Below are positions 9,044 to 18,857 of a DNA stretch of 64,000 nt, one piece after another; the first letter of the stretch is position 1; each line of letters opens with the position of its first letter. A program made the translations under genes and the position numbers. The stretch spans positions 3,328,001 to 3,392,000 of the forward strand of contig OZ244048.1 in assembly GCA_965215265.1 (NCBI GenBank), written 5' to 3'. Source of the DNA: Candidatus Poribacteria bacterium (lineage in GTDB: Bacteria; Poribacteria; WGA-4E; WGA-3G). The notes beneath the pieces were generated by a model. It made no database searches. It saw nothing but the letters and a program-made list of their open reading frames with translations, and had not been told where the DNA came from.

Positions 9044-10000
9044 CTACGGTAGCGTTTCCATAATAGATGCATCAACTTCAAAGTAACGACTTAGGCTAAA
9101 ATAACGTTCGCCGGTGTCTGGCAGAATGGTGACGACCTTTTTATCGGGGCCCTGTTCTTTTGCTATTTGCAATGCGGCATACACGTTCGCCCCGGACGAC
9201 ATACCGACTAACAGCCCTTCTCGCTTCGAAATTGTCTTCATTGTCTCGTAAGCTACCTCTTCAGGTACTGTGATGATTTCGTCGATAATATTGACGTTTA
9301 AGACCTCTGGAATCATCCCTGCGCCAAGTCCATCAATTCGCGTGGGCCCAGGGTGTCCTCCGGATAACACGGCTGAAACCGATGGCTCGACGGCCACGAC
9401 TTTGACCTTGCGGCAATGTGCCTTCAAAACCTCACCAACGCCTGCCAAAGTGCCGCCTGTCCCGACACCGGCAACGAAAAAGTCAATATCATTGCCTATA
9501 TCTTTGAGAATTTCCAGTGCTGTGGTTTGGCGGTGAATCTCTGGGTTTGCAGGATTCGTGAACTGATTTGGCATATAGTGCCGGGAATGTTTCCTGATAA
9601 TTGATTCTGCTTCCCAAATTGCGCTCGCCATACCGCCGTGTTCAGGCGTTAACACGATTTTCGCACCGAACGCTGACAGGAGTGCATATTTTTCTTGGCT
9701 GACGTTTTCGGGCATCGTCAAGATCACAGAATATCCGCGAGCGATGCCGACGATTGAGAGCCCTAATCCTGTATTCCCAGCTGTCGGTTCAACAATAGTG
9801 TCGCCTTGCCTGAGGAGTCCACGTTCTTCAGCATCAATTATCATCGCGTAGCTAATGCGATCTTTAATACTCCCGCCGGGGTTGTAAGCTTCCAGTTTTG
9901 CAAAGATAGTGGCATCATCCTTACCCGGTAAGGCATTGAGACGAACCGTGGGTGTATTCCCGATGAGGTCTGTCAGTTTTGTGGCGACTCTCATTTTCAT
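9044..10000 (-). CDS. cysK: Cysteine synthase (O-acetylserine sulfhydrylase)
   Basis: IGNTP, KLEAYNPGGSIKDR, EPTAGNTG, GVGTGGT, SSGAN, PDTGERY. Confidence 0.93.
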   Translation of the reverse strand: MKMRVATKLTDLIGNTPTVRLNALPGKDDATIFAKLEAYNPGGSIKDRISYAMIIDAEERGLLRQGDTIVEPTAGNTGLGLSIVGIARGYSVILTMPENVSQEKYALLSAFGAKIVLTPEHGGMASAIWEAESIIRKHSRHYMPNQFTNPANPEIHRQTTALEILKDIGNDIDFFVAGVGTGGTLAGVGEVLKAHCRKVKVVAVEPSVSAVLSGGHPGPTRIDGLGAGMIPEVLNVNIIDEIITVPEEVAYETMKTISKREGLLVGMSSGANVYAALQIAKEQGPDKKVVTILPDTGERYFSLSRYFEVDASIMETLP

Positions 10001-10046
10001 CTGCTCGTCATAACTGCTTGAGTATTTTTAGGCAATTGCTCCTTTA

Positions 10047-10075
10047 AGTATACCATATACACCGAGGAAAGTCAA
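10047..10075 (-). promoter_or_regulatory. Sigma70 promoter of the cys operon
   Basis: TTGACT-17 nt-TATACT with extended TG. Confidence 0.7.
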
Positions 10076-10277
10076 ATTTTTCACATAGCGGGTAGTACAC
10101 GAAATTATGTTCGTCCATTTCGTCCACATAGAAATACACTGTAAGTGCTTTGATAACGGAATTCAGCAGTCCCTTTCTATGTAGCTGATGCCCGCTACGC
10201 TCTGCTATTCCGCAGATGGCATATAATGTTCTACTGCACTGGACAAAAGCGATGGGCCATTTTGCCTCTCTCAAGCA

Positions 10278-10733
10278 CTAACATCCTTGCAACAAAGCTC
10301 CTATTAAGAACGGTAGCCCGATACCAATGTAGATGACAATTTTCCAGAGACAGCCGGTATCTGCACTTTTTTGCAGCTGCTTGTATGAGCTATTGATTTT
10401 CTCTAAGTCAACGTCTCCACTAAGGCGCGGCTTATAGACGCTTATGGCTTTTGTGATAATCTCATAAACACTTTTTTTCTCCTGCTCGATTTTCTCTAAT
10501 GTGTTTAGGTCTTGATGAAGTCGATGAGTGATGTCACTCAACCCTTGAAATACGCTAATGAGGGCTGCTGTGATCTGAATAGAGAAATCGAGTTTTCCGT
10601 GTTCATTCCAAAGATGAAGGGCTATGTTTCTAACAATAGCTGCCACTGTTTGATTTGCCTCGTCAGATTGTGTAGAAGTATCCCACGTTTTGACGGTTCG
10701 TATGAGTTGCTCGACCAAATGAACACTCTCCAA
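10278..10733 (-). CDS. Hypothetical helical protein with C-terminal transmembrane segment, possibly a gene fragment
   Basis: AT-richer ORF, TTG start without clear RBS, hydrophobic C-terminus. Confidence 0.45.
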   Translation of the reverse strand: MESVHLVEQLIRTVKTWDTSTQSDEANQTVAAIVRNIALHLWNEHGKLDFSIQITAALISVFQGLSDITHRLHQDLNTLEKIEQEKKSVYEIITKAISVYKPRLSGDVDLEKINSSYKQLQKSADTGCLWKIVIYIGIGLPFLIGALLQGC

Positions 10734-10823
10734 ACTTGTCGTCTCTGTGCGAAATCTGTGCGAAAATGGTTATTCACATTCGCAATACCGTCGTAATACC
10801 GTAAATTAGACAATTAATTGTTC

Positions 10824-11636
10824 TCATTCTTGATCCTCGCGCCATTGTGAGAAATCGGTCTCTATCTCCTCAGACCACTTCCGGTCGATTTCGCCAGGGG
10901 TATATTTTCCTTCCCGCAATCGTTGATGCCCGAACCGGTCACGGAGTTGGACTTCCTCTCCGCGTTCAACCACTTGCTGCGCAAAATGGGGTGGGATAAA
11001 AATAACCCCGCCCCGTCGTCCTAACACGACATCACCGGGTAAGACGGTCGCCTCACCGATGCGGATAGGAATGTTAATACCTGTCAGTGTGACATTTGCT
11101 ATGCCTGTAGGGTCTACCCCGCGTACGAACGTAGCGAAATCGGGCAATTCGTAAATCCCATCCAGATCACGTATACCGCCATCAATCACCATGCCTGTGC
11201 CGGTTTTCGCATAAATGGCGTTGCCGAGGTTATCGCCGGCGAATGTCCCTTCCTTGACTTTGCCAAACAGATCTACGACAATGACATCATCGTGAACGAG
11301 TGTGTCTATAACCCACGAATTTTGCCCGCCGACACGTCCTTCTTGTGTGCCTTGTGTTGAAACGGCATCGTTAAAGTCTGGGCGGATGGGTACAAATGCA
11401 CACGTCACTGCCCTGCCGACGAGGATGCGAGCCGGATGTAAATTCAGCCATTCCCCTGCGAACTGGAACCGATAGTCGTTTCCGTGAAGAACGCCCCACG
11501 CCTGCTCAATGCTGATGGCCTTCATCCGTTGCAGGATGTCATCAGGGACCCTTGGGCGGCCATCTGGAAATCGGTCGCCCTCCCAATTCTGTGTGATAGC
11601 GAGGATGCTTTCATTATTGATAAGTTGCACACTCAT
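10824..11636 (-). CDS. RraA/HMG-aldolase family protein
   Basis: VGRAVT, DVIVVD, FAGDNL, VIDGGIRD, VLPGDVVLG...GVIFIP. Confidence 0.88.
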   Translation of the reverse strand: MSVQLINNESILAITQNWEGDRFPDGRPRVPDDILQRMKAISIEQAWGVLHGNDYRFQFAGEWLNLHPARILVGRAVTCAFVPIRPDFNDAVSTQGTQEGRVGGQNSWVIDTLVHDDVIVVDLFGKVKEGTFAGDNLGNAIYAKTGTGMVIDGGIRDLDGIYELPDFATFVRGVDPTGIANVTLTGINIPIRIGEATVLPGDVVLGRRGGVIFIPPHFAQQVVERGEEVQLRDRFGHQRLREGKYTPGEIDRKWSEEIETDFSQWREDQE

Positions 11637-11701
11637 TCCCTCTTCAGGCAGGAATGTCTACTCCTGCCGGCTTGCCTTTTGTAGCAGACGTGCTGCACAG
11701 G

Positions 11702-12556
11702 CTACAATCCCGCGTTTTTCCATACCTGATCGAGCGATGCAGCGGTTGCTTTCGCTGCGTCTGCAGGTGCCATTGCATTTACCTTTTGGCTGAATGGCTC
11801 CGGCGTTACAGGGCCGTCATAGCCCAGATTACTCAAGACGTTCATCAATTCGGTGAGCGGAATCACGTCGGTTTCAGCGGGTAAACATCGGATATTGTCA
11901 ATCTGTTCGTCTGGGTCAATGCCTGCGGGTGCGTCGTTGATATGGACGTAGACTACATCGGAGGTTGATAATTTCTTAACGTCGTCAACGGTAGAGCGAC
12001 AAGTGTACCAATGCCACGTATCAAATAGCAAGCCGACGTTGCCGGTGCCGACGGCGGCGGCGAGTCCCAACATTGCATCCATTGAATATGCAAAGAGATA
12101 TGTGGCGGCTTTCCGGCTGGTTGCCGGTCCGATAAACTCAAGCCCCAGCGAATGTCCGTGTGCTTTGAGGATTTCTGCGACGGGCCGGAGGCGTTTCACA
12201 GAGAAGTCCCAGTTCTCTTGATACGTCATCTCGTTTGATGCTGGGCCGACAACGGTAGTTGTGCGGAAACAGCCAAGTTCGGCGGCAAGTTTTGCCTTGT
12301 CGGGTAATTGCGCTAAGCCGGTGTAATAGTCTGCGTCGGGTCCCCGCCAATTTACGCCAAAACCCCAGCCCCCCATCGCAATACCGGCGGCTGCCCACAA
12401 GTCTTTGACGTATTGTACAGAGTGCTCTTGTGCAAGTTGACTCGCTGCACCAATGTCCAAGTCAAGTCCTTCAAACCCAGCGGCTTGTGCTAATTCTAAG
12501 CCTTCTTTCATATTTGCCCTGATGCCGATGGCACCGGTGCTCAAATTCTTAAACAT
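11702..12556 (-). CDS. Sugar phosphate isomerase/epimerase (xylose isomerase-like TIM barrel)
   Basis: LGLEF, GLLFDTWH, VHIND, GYDGPVTPE metal-ligand motifs. Confidence 0.9.
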   Translation of the reverse strand: MFKNLSTGAIGIRANMKEGLELAQAAGFEGLDLDIGAASQLAQEHSVQYVKDLWAAAGIAMGGWGFGVNWRGPDADYYTGLAQLPDKAKLAAELGCFRTTTVVGPASNEMTYQENWDFSVKRLRPVAEILKAHGHSLGLEFIGPATSRKAATYLFAYSMDAMLGLAAAVGTGNVGLLFDTWHWYTCRSTVDDVKKLSTSDVVYVHINDAPAGIDPDEQIDNIRCLPAETDVIPLTELMNVLSNLGYDGPVTPEPFSQKVNAMAPADAAKATAASLDQVWKNAGL

Positions 12557-12565
12557 AGATTCTCC

Positions 12566-13273
12566 TTATTTTTTTATTCGCTTTTCCCCTCGCAAAATTT
12601 CCGCAGCAACTGCCCATGGATAATCGTTGTCCTCAGCATTTGCATCCCGATAAGTAGGGATCCAAACCCAACGCTCAGCGCCGGAGCGGTTCGGGTGGCT
12701 GGCATGAAGCGTTAGATCGTGGAAGAAGACGGCACTGCCTGCTTCAAGTTCAGCTGTAACGGCTCGATTTTCATCCACTGCATCTGGACGGAGTCGATTC
12801 CCGAATCCGTGTCCATCGCTGGCATCGCCATCGTGGACAATAGGAGAGGTGTGTGAGCCGGGAAACAGTTTAAGGCATCCATTTTCTACAGTGGCATCAT
12901 CTAGTGCAACCCAAATAGAGACTTTATGTGCGCCGTGCCAATAGTGCCAATCTTGGTGCCATGGGCTCGCGAAATCCATTGCGGCACTCTTGAAGACCAC
13001 TTTATCACTTAGAAATTCAATATCTGGACTTAGAATTGCTTCCAAGATATTGAGTAACCGCTCATCCCCGACTGCTTTTTGAAAAATAGGACTTCGTGCG
13101 GCTAAGCCGACATAAACCCCGTGTCCTGCGGCCGGCTCTCCGCCTCTCTCGGTTTTGACTGTCTCCAAAATATTGATGGATTCTAATTTGAGCTGCTGCG
13201 CCTCGTTTCGCGTGAACAAGTTGCGTGCGATTGCAAAACCTATTCTGTCGAAATCGTTGCGAAACGTTGTCAT
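12566..13273 (-). CDS. PhyH family dioxygenase
   Basis: PWHQD, WVALDDAT.ENGCL...PGSH, FFH..TLHAS..N.S. Confidence 0.92.
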   Translation of the reverse strand: MTTFRNDFDRIGFAIARNLFTRNEAQQLKLESINILETVKTERGGEPAAGHGVYVGLAARSPIFQKAVGDERLLNILEAILSPDIEFLSDKVVFKSAAMDFASPWHQDWHYWHGAHKVSIWVALDDATVENGCLKLFPGSHTSPIVHDGDASDGHGFGNRLRPDAVDENRAVTAELEAGSAVFFHDLTLHASHPNRSGAERWVWIPTYRDANAEDNDYPWAVAAEILRGEKRIKK

Positions 13274-13274
13274 G

Positions 13275-14348
13275 TCAAGCATCCTTTTTTGCCTCGATGT
13301 GAACTTCGTGCCCGGTTTCTGCACTTTTGAGCAAGCCTTCCATCATCTGTTGGACTATCAGTCCGTGGCGAAGCGGTGCTTTGCACCTTATACCATCAAG
13401 GATACACTGAATAAAATGATCTGCGATAGCATCCCATGCCTCCTTATATTTTCCTTGTGGAAGGTTGACGTTGATGTCTTCGTTGACACCCATTTCATCT
13501 GTGCGGTAAAGACGGAGGGGGTTCATCGTAGCGCCTGCGTCTGTTCCGAACAACTCGATCTGAAATTCGTCTGGTTGGTGTGATGCCCAGAAGCTTTCGA
13601 CTTGCAATCCAATTCCGTTTTCGAATGTAATAAACCCGCCGGCGTAATCGTCGGAGTCATATTTTTGATAGGTCTCTTTCGGTGGGCGTGTGCGATTCCA
13701 ATAGCCGCGTCCGTGCGGTCCAAACTTTGCGCCGGCGGCGCCGAGGACGGCGATAGGCTTGGGCAGTCCCAAGATCCACCAAGCCGCGTCAAGGACATGC
13801 ACCCCCATATCACGGAATGCGCCGCCGCCTTTCTGAATGAATCCCAGGTTCCATGCGGGGATGCCGCTTCTACGCACACTCCGTGCGCGTGCATAATAGA
13901 GTTCACCAAAGTAATCATCGCGTGCGAGATTCCCGAGGTGCTGGCAGCTGCCGCCGAAGCGTGTAGAGAGAGACATCATGTTGACGACTCCTGCTGCTTC
14001 TGCTTCTGTTACCAGTTTTTGTGCTGCTGCCTCGGAATCCGCCAGCGGTTTTGTTACCATGACGTGTTTGCCGTTGCGGACCGCTTCTAAAGCAATAGGC
14101 ACATGCCACTGATTCGGTGTCCCGACGAAGACCGCGTCAATATCCGGGGCTTTGCACATCGTTTTGTAATCAGTGTAAAATTTGATTTCACCCGGTAAAT
14201 CTGCAGCGAAGGTTTTCATCCGGTCTTCAACCAAATCGCATAGTGCGACGACTTGTCCGCGCGGATTTCTTGAAAGCGCTGCACCATTCGGGCGGCCGAT
14301 GCCCATACCGACAACGGCAATGCGTACTGGCCCGTTTTTTGAATTCAT
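13275..14348 (-). CDS. Gfo/Idh/MocA family oxidoreductase
   Basis: IAVVGMG, GKHVMVTKP, GGGAFRDMGVH; GGAG RBS before ATG 14348. Confidence 0.9.
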   Translation of the reverse strand: MNSKNGPVRIAVVGMGIGRPNGAALSRNPRGQVVALCDLVEDRMKTFAADLPGEIKFYTDYKTMCKAPDIDAVFVGTPNQWHVPIALEAVRNGKHVMVTKPLADSEAAAQKLVTEAEAAGVVNMMSLSTRFGGSCQHLGNLARDDYFGELYYARARSVRRSGIPAWNLGFIQKGGGAFRDMGVHVLDAAWWILGLPKPIAVLGAAGAKFGPHGRGYWNRTRPPKETYQKYDSDDYAGGFITFENGIGLQVESFWASHQPDEFQIELFGTDAGATMNPLRLYRTDEMGVNEDINVNLPQGKYKEAWDAIADHFIQCILDGIRCKAPLRHGLIVQQMMEGLLKSAETGHEVHIEAKKDA

Positions 14349-14401
14349 ATTGATATGCTCCACATGTTTTGTATGATTTAGTTCTAGCAAGTTTTGATGC
14401 T

Positions 14402-14965
14402 TTAATAAGGCCGTCCTCTTGAGTTCAGAGCAGGCGGGACATCGTTTTTCACCGGTTTAATGGTCCGGAGATATGCCCAGATTGCCTTCAGATCAGCATC
14501 GGACATTTCGGCATAGTGTTTTGTCGGCATCGGTGGAAAGATTTTCCGATTTCCTTCTACGCCTTGATGGAGTCCCGTGCGCAAAGTTTTGATGAACATC
14601 TCCTCTGTCCATTCGCCGAGTCCGGTTTCATTATCGGGTGTCAGATTTGAGGCGAAGCTTGTTCCGAATGGACCGGAAAAAGCACTCATCGTCGGTGCTG
14701 TGAGTAAAAAGATGCCTTGTTGCATCATGCTGAAATTGTAGCGCGGATAGGGCGCGTTAGCCGGATGCCCGGCGAGGTACATTTCCATATTAAATTCCGC
14801 ACCTGCCCTTGGGGTATGGCACTGCCCACAAGCACCGACGGTATCCACGAGGTACTTCCCCCGCTGGACCCTATCGCTTTGACTCTGAGCACGGTTCATA
14901 CTGAGCACAATAAGCGTCCCAATAAAAAATAACGTTAGGCCAAAGATTACTAATTTTCGACTCAT
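14402..14965 (-). CDS. Exported c-type cytochrome
   Basis: Signal peptide, RGKYLV...CGQCHTP, NLTPD.ETGLG.W, PPMP, DLKAIWAYL. Confidence 0.88.
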   Translation of the reverse strand: MSRKLVIFGLTLFFIGTLIVLSMNRAQSQSDRVQRGKYLVDTVGACGQCHTPRAGAEFNMEMYLAGHPANAPYPRYNFSMMQQGIFLLTAPTMSAFSGPFGTSFASNLTPDNETGLGEWTEEMFIKTLRTGLHQGVEGNRKIFPPMPTKHYAEMSDADLKAIWAYLRTIKPVKNDVPPALNSRGRPY

Positions 14966-15191
14966 CTTTTTTCCTATAAGACTTAAATTTTTCTCATGTT
15001 AGCAGATAGAGGAAATAGATGCAATAATTTTTTTCAATATCCAGTTTGTCTGAATTACGGATGGGCAGGATTTATTGAAGTTACATCACTCGGCTCCCGT
15101 GTGAGTCGTCTCAGGCTCCCCGTCTCAAACGTATAGCGATATAGGTTATCAAAACATCAGATGGTAACGTGCTGAAATATACGAAAAAAAA

Positions 15192-15887
15192 TTAGACCGC
15201 CACCATTGCCCATACTACACGAAAGCCGAACTCTGCCAGCCAGACAAACACCACTAAAAACTCCGCTCTTCTCCTGTTTAGATTAGCAACAACTGCGACA
15301 CCCAGTGAAAGCACAACAAGATACCAAATGAAAAAGGGTTGGATCTGGCTGAGAAACGTAAAAAGAGGAATTCCGAGTGTTTCGTCTCCAAACAGAAGGT
15401 GGAGGCCCGGAATCACTTGAAGGTCTGTATAATCTTGGACATCGTCAATTTGCTTGAAACCTAATAATAGTGCTGCGTTGATGAGCTCTGAAAAGACTAA
15501 AATTAATTCCGAATACGCCACAACTGCGAACATCGGCTTAAATTTTAACGCCTCTGGGCTCCCCAAGAATCGGGCACCGAAATAGAAAACGCTAGCAAAA
15601 ATCAGCCACTTGAGGAGTAATGGAACCGGTGTAAAGAGAAGTCCTACAAAACTCAAGCCCTCTACCATTCCTCGACTTTGTTCGATTTGCACGTCATCCA
15701 TCCCGGATTCGAGGAGTTTGTTATGTGAAATCTGTTGGGAGAACGGCAAAATTGCCCATCCAACTCCGATTAAGACAACACCAATGATCAACCAGACTGT
15801 AAACCAGTTAGGCTGCAAGATTAATTCTGTAAACGCTGCGCGCGGTTCGCTAATAATATCTGTGATAATCCGTAATGTCCGCTTCAT
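15192..15887 (-). CDS. Yip1 family membrane protein
   Basis: IISEP..AF..L...P N-terminus, about five TM segments, AGGAGG RBS. Confidence 0.8.
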   Translation of the reverse strand: MKRTLRIITDIISEPRAAFTELILQPNWFTVWLIIGVVLIGVGWAILPFSQQISHNKLLESGMDDVQIEQSRGMVEGLSFVGLLFTPVPLLLKWLIFASVFYFGARFLGSPEALKFKPMFAVVAYSELILVFSELINAALLLGFKQIDDVQDYTDLQVIPGLHLLFGDETLGIPLFTFLSQIQPFFIWYLVVLSLGVAVVANLNRRRAEFLVVFVWLAEFGFRVVWAMVAV

Positions 15888-16267
15888 AAAATCCTCCTTG
15901 GCCCTTTAGAGTCGGCACCGGTGGGGTGCTTAGGGCGCATTAATGAAATGAGTGGTTCTTCGTATATCTCCGTACCATCAACGCTGGCACTGCCGACTCT
16001 TCCCTGCTTGCAGGGCTAAAGTCGGCTAAAGCCACTATGCTTTTGATGGCTCGTGTGTAAACCTCGTCTTTTGGAAAGAGTGATGCCAAATCCGATTGTG
16101 ACTGTGTATACAGAAAGATACAAATAGATGTGGAATTGATACACAATATATTGAAGGCCTAAAACGCCAGTAAAAATAATCAGACTGAGGGCAAACGTCG
16201 CAATATCGTCTATATATATACGGCAGACTGGAAAAAGTTTAGTTTTTTTTTCAATTTTTCGTCTACA

Positions 16268-16406
16268 GGAGCCCAGTAAAGGCTGCTGCTATGCTAAAAC
16301 CTTTACAAATCTCGTCTGAGCCCTTCGATGTAATGAATCATAGCATCGAAGGGCTCAGACGAGATGTAGACAGTGATTCACAATGCGTCAGGCGTTGTAG
16401 GGCTCC
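16268..16406. repeat. Nested inverted repeat (22-bp perfect inner IR, 7-bp outer IR)
   Basis: ATCTCGTCTGAGCCCTTCGATG 16309-16330 and its reverse complement 16344-16365; GGAGCCC 16268-16274 and GGGCTCC 16400-16406 share the axis at 16337. Confidence 0.85.
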
Positions 16407-16471
16407 AATATACAAAAAATACGAAAAACGGAAATATACGAAAACACAACGCAGACCCATAGGAGGTTACC

Positions 16472-16987
16472 ATGCACTTCGGATACGCACGCGTCAGTAC
16501 CCCTGACCAGAGTTTAGCACTTCAGATGGATGCCTTAAAACAGGCAGCATGTGATAAAGTCTTCTCTGAAGTCGCCAGTGGCGCGAAAACCGAACGACCC
16601 GTTTTCGAAGCACTTCTAAAACACCTGCGGCAAGGCGATGTGTTAGTCGGCTGGAAACTCGATCGGTTAGGAAGAAGTCTGAAACACATTGTCACGCTCA
16701 CCAATGAACTGATGGAACAGCAAATCGGGCTTGTTAGCCTCAGGGACCCGATTGATATCACGACACCCCAGGGAAGACTCATCTGTCACATCTTCGCGGC
16801 TTTGGCGGAGTTTGAACGCGACCTGATTCGTGAACGCACACAAGCTGGGCTTTTAGCGGCTCGTGCCCGTGGACGGAAAGGCGGGTGCCCCAAAGGGCTG
16901 TCACAAGCAGCGGCTGCCACGGCGATGGCGGCAGAAACGCTTTACCGAGAGGGACAGTGGCAGGATACCTGCCACCCATTGGAGTAA
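16472..16987 (+). pseudogene. Serine recombinase (resolvase/invertase), C-terminal HTH apparently truncated
   Basis: GYARVST, KLDRLGRS, FAALAEFER..IRERT..GL.AARARG; sequence degrades after GRKGG. Confidence 0.8.
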
Positions 16988-17323
16988 GAATACCTTATCC
17001 TGCCAATCTATAGACGTGAACTACCTTTTACCTGCCATCCATTGGGCTGAGTGTCAAGGACATCTGTGAGCAGCTTCATATCAGCAAACTGACGCTCTAT
17101 GCTTACCTGAAACATCGTGGGGTTCAGACAGGTTCGCATCCGCGTCAGAAGGCGAAACAAAAGCGGTGTGGTGACTCCCACCCACCCAATTCCTTTTGAC
17201 TCCCACCCGCCCAAATCCTCGGTCCTAAAGTAAAAAGGTAAACAATCGGAGATCAGCAGGGAAAAGGCAGTCTATAGATCTGAATCATAGGCGGACGACT
17301 CGGTGCGTATGACACCATTGGCG

Positions 17324-17341
17324 AGGCGGAGAAACCCGCCT
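17324..17341 (-). terminator. Hairpin at the 3' end of the GIY-YIG gene
   Basis: AGGCGG-AGAAAC-CCGCCT just after the stop codon. Confidence 0.4.
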
Positions 17342-17344
17342 GAA

Positions 17345-18031
17345 CTAAATACTATTTAAAATCGTATAGATTCCAGCAACCTCAGTAGGCGAAGTCATAA
17401 ACCACTCTTTACCATTGCCAGATGTATCAACCCTTCTGCCCTTCATCTCCAGTATACCGTGGATCATTTTCTCCAATTCACGAGGCGTGTTCGTTTGGAT
17501 AATCAAACCAATCTCTGGAGACTCGTAAATACCTGTTGTTGATTGTGATTTTACACGACTATTCACATTCACACGGCTTTCAGTCATTCCGACCTTGCAT
17601 TCAAAAATTTGTTTAGATCTTGCACGTTTTTTATCACGCGGATAGTAATAGAGATATACTGCTCCATTACCAGCTCCAATCGTTATTGCTTCTATAGTAG
17701 ACTGACTTTGATCAGGTTTGGCGTGCGGAATTTGCGTTATCTGTGTTGATTCATTGACTTCCGTTTTAGAATACTCAGGGGTATGAGCAATTCGCCAATG
17801 TGCATAATAGGCGTTCTCCGCGAGACCGAGTTTTTTCATTTTTCTGAGTGCCGCCTTTATACATTGCGATGCTTCGCTTTTAGGATTTAAACCTCCACGA
17901 GAAAGATGCTTTTGTACAATGCTATCAGCAATCTGTTTACGCTGAACAACCTGACCTGAAAATAATTCTAAAATCAACTCTTTCGATATACCTGGAGTAA
18001 GTGTCGCTCCAGCATATTTGTAGTTATTCAT
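17345..18031 (-). CDS. GIY-YIG/T5orf172-family nuclease-domain protein
   Basis: GAVYLY, KVGMT..VNSRV, ELEKMIHGIL, KEWF; AGGAG RBS before ATG 18031. Confidence 0.82.
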   Translation of the reverse strand: MNNYKYAGATLTPGISKELILELFSGQVVQRKQIADSIVQKHLSRGGLNPKSEASQCIKAALRKMKKLGLAENAYYAHWRIAHTPEYSKTEVNESTQITQIPHAKPDQSQSTIEAITIGAGNGAVYLYYYPRDKKRARSKQIFECKVGMTESRVNVNSRVKSQSTTGIYESPEIGLIIQTNTPRELEKMIHGILEMKGRRVDTSGNGKEWFMTSPTEVAGIYTILNSI

Positions 18032-18104
18032 CAGTATATTTCTCCTTTTATCAAAAAATTTGGGGGGGGTAAATGGAAACACAGGAACAATACCTTTCTA
18101 TCTA

Positions 18105-18133
18105 ATTATACCATCCATACCTAATTTTGCCAA
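18105..18133 (-). promoter_or_regulatory. Sigma70 promoter of the GIY-YIG gene
   Basis: TTGGCA-17 nt-TATAAT. Confidence 0.6.
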
Positions 18134-18162
18134 GACAATTTGAAAGAAATTCCACATCTGTC

Positions 18163-18714
18163 TTATAATATTACTAAATCCAATCCTGGATTGGATAAAA
18201 ATTCAACTGTAAAACCAAAATATGGCAGCAACGGAAGTTGGCTACCCTCCGCGATTTCTTGTGCTTCAAAGTAGACTTCAGCGAGATTGAAGAGATCCTT
18301 CTTGACGCTACTTGAGGCATAGTAAAAGGCGTGATCAAAGTAGTTCATGGCGTTCGTACTGTCAAAGGTTGCGAGGCTCATTTTCATCATTTCAAAGAAC
18401 ACATCTTTTATAGGATAGTTCTGAGAGCCAGCCATGACACAGTGTTCAAGGATATGCTGGACCCCTCTATCGTCAGGTGTGGGGGTTATTGGACTGATCG
18501 AAAACCAGTTTTGGGCATCGTCTGTATAGAGGTGCAGCAGGCGTGCTCCACTGTGTTGATGTGTGAGTTCTATTGCCACGGCTCGCAATTCGTCAATGGG
18601 TGTTACGGCTTTCACTTCAAAACCGTAAAGGTGTTGTCCTAGGTGAAGGTGAATAGGTGGGTGCTGTGTGTCTTGTGGGAATGCATTATGTTTGTGTTCC
18701 TGTTTTGAGTGCAT
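18163..18714 (-). pseudogene. N-terminal fragment of an M16C (PreP/insulinase) peptidase
   Basis: SGARLLHL, GVQHILEHCV.AGS.NYP.KDVFF HxxEH motif; family members are ~1000 aa, and similarity ends near LAEVYF. Confidence 0.85.
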
Positions 18715-18811
18715 TTATATCTCCGTTTGAGGGTTTTTCCTAAAATAATGATACGACTCTGGGCTCTTTAACCCTTCGTGTATCACACCTACTTATTTCA
18801 TAGTTCATTAA

Positions 18812-18840
18812 AGTATAACAGATGTTGAAAAACCTGTAAA
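18812..18840 (-). promoter_or_regulatory. Sigma70 promoter of the M16 fragment
   Basis: TTTACA-17 nt-TATACT. Confidence 0.5.
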
Positions 18841-18857
18841 TAAAATACATCTGACCA

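Noticed and set aside
9997-10045. Short uORF (TTG, MPKNTQAVMTSR) overlapping the cysK start
   Set aside because: RBS-to-start spacing is only 3 nt and it has no Cys codons; not distinguishable from chance
17008-17214. 68-aa ORF after the resolvase
   Set aside because: No RBS or motif; probably mobile-element debris
18062-18069. G8/C8 tract upstream of the GIY-YIG gene as a phase-variation site
   Set aside because: Lies in the 5' UTR, outside both the promoter spacer and the likely coding frame
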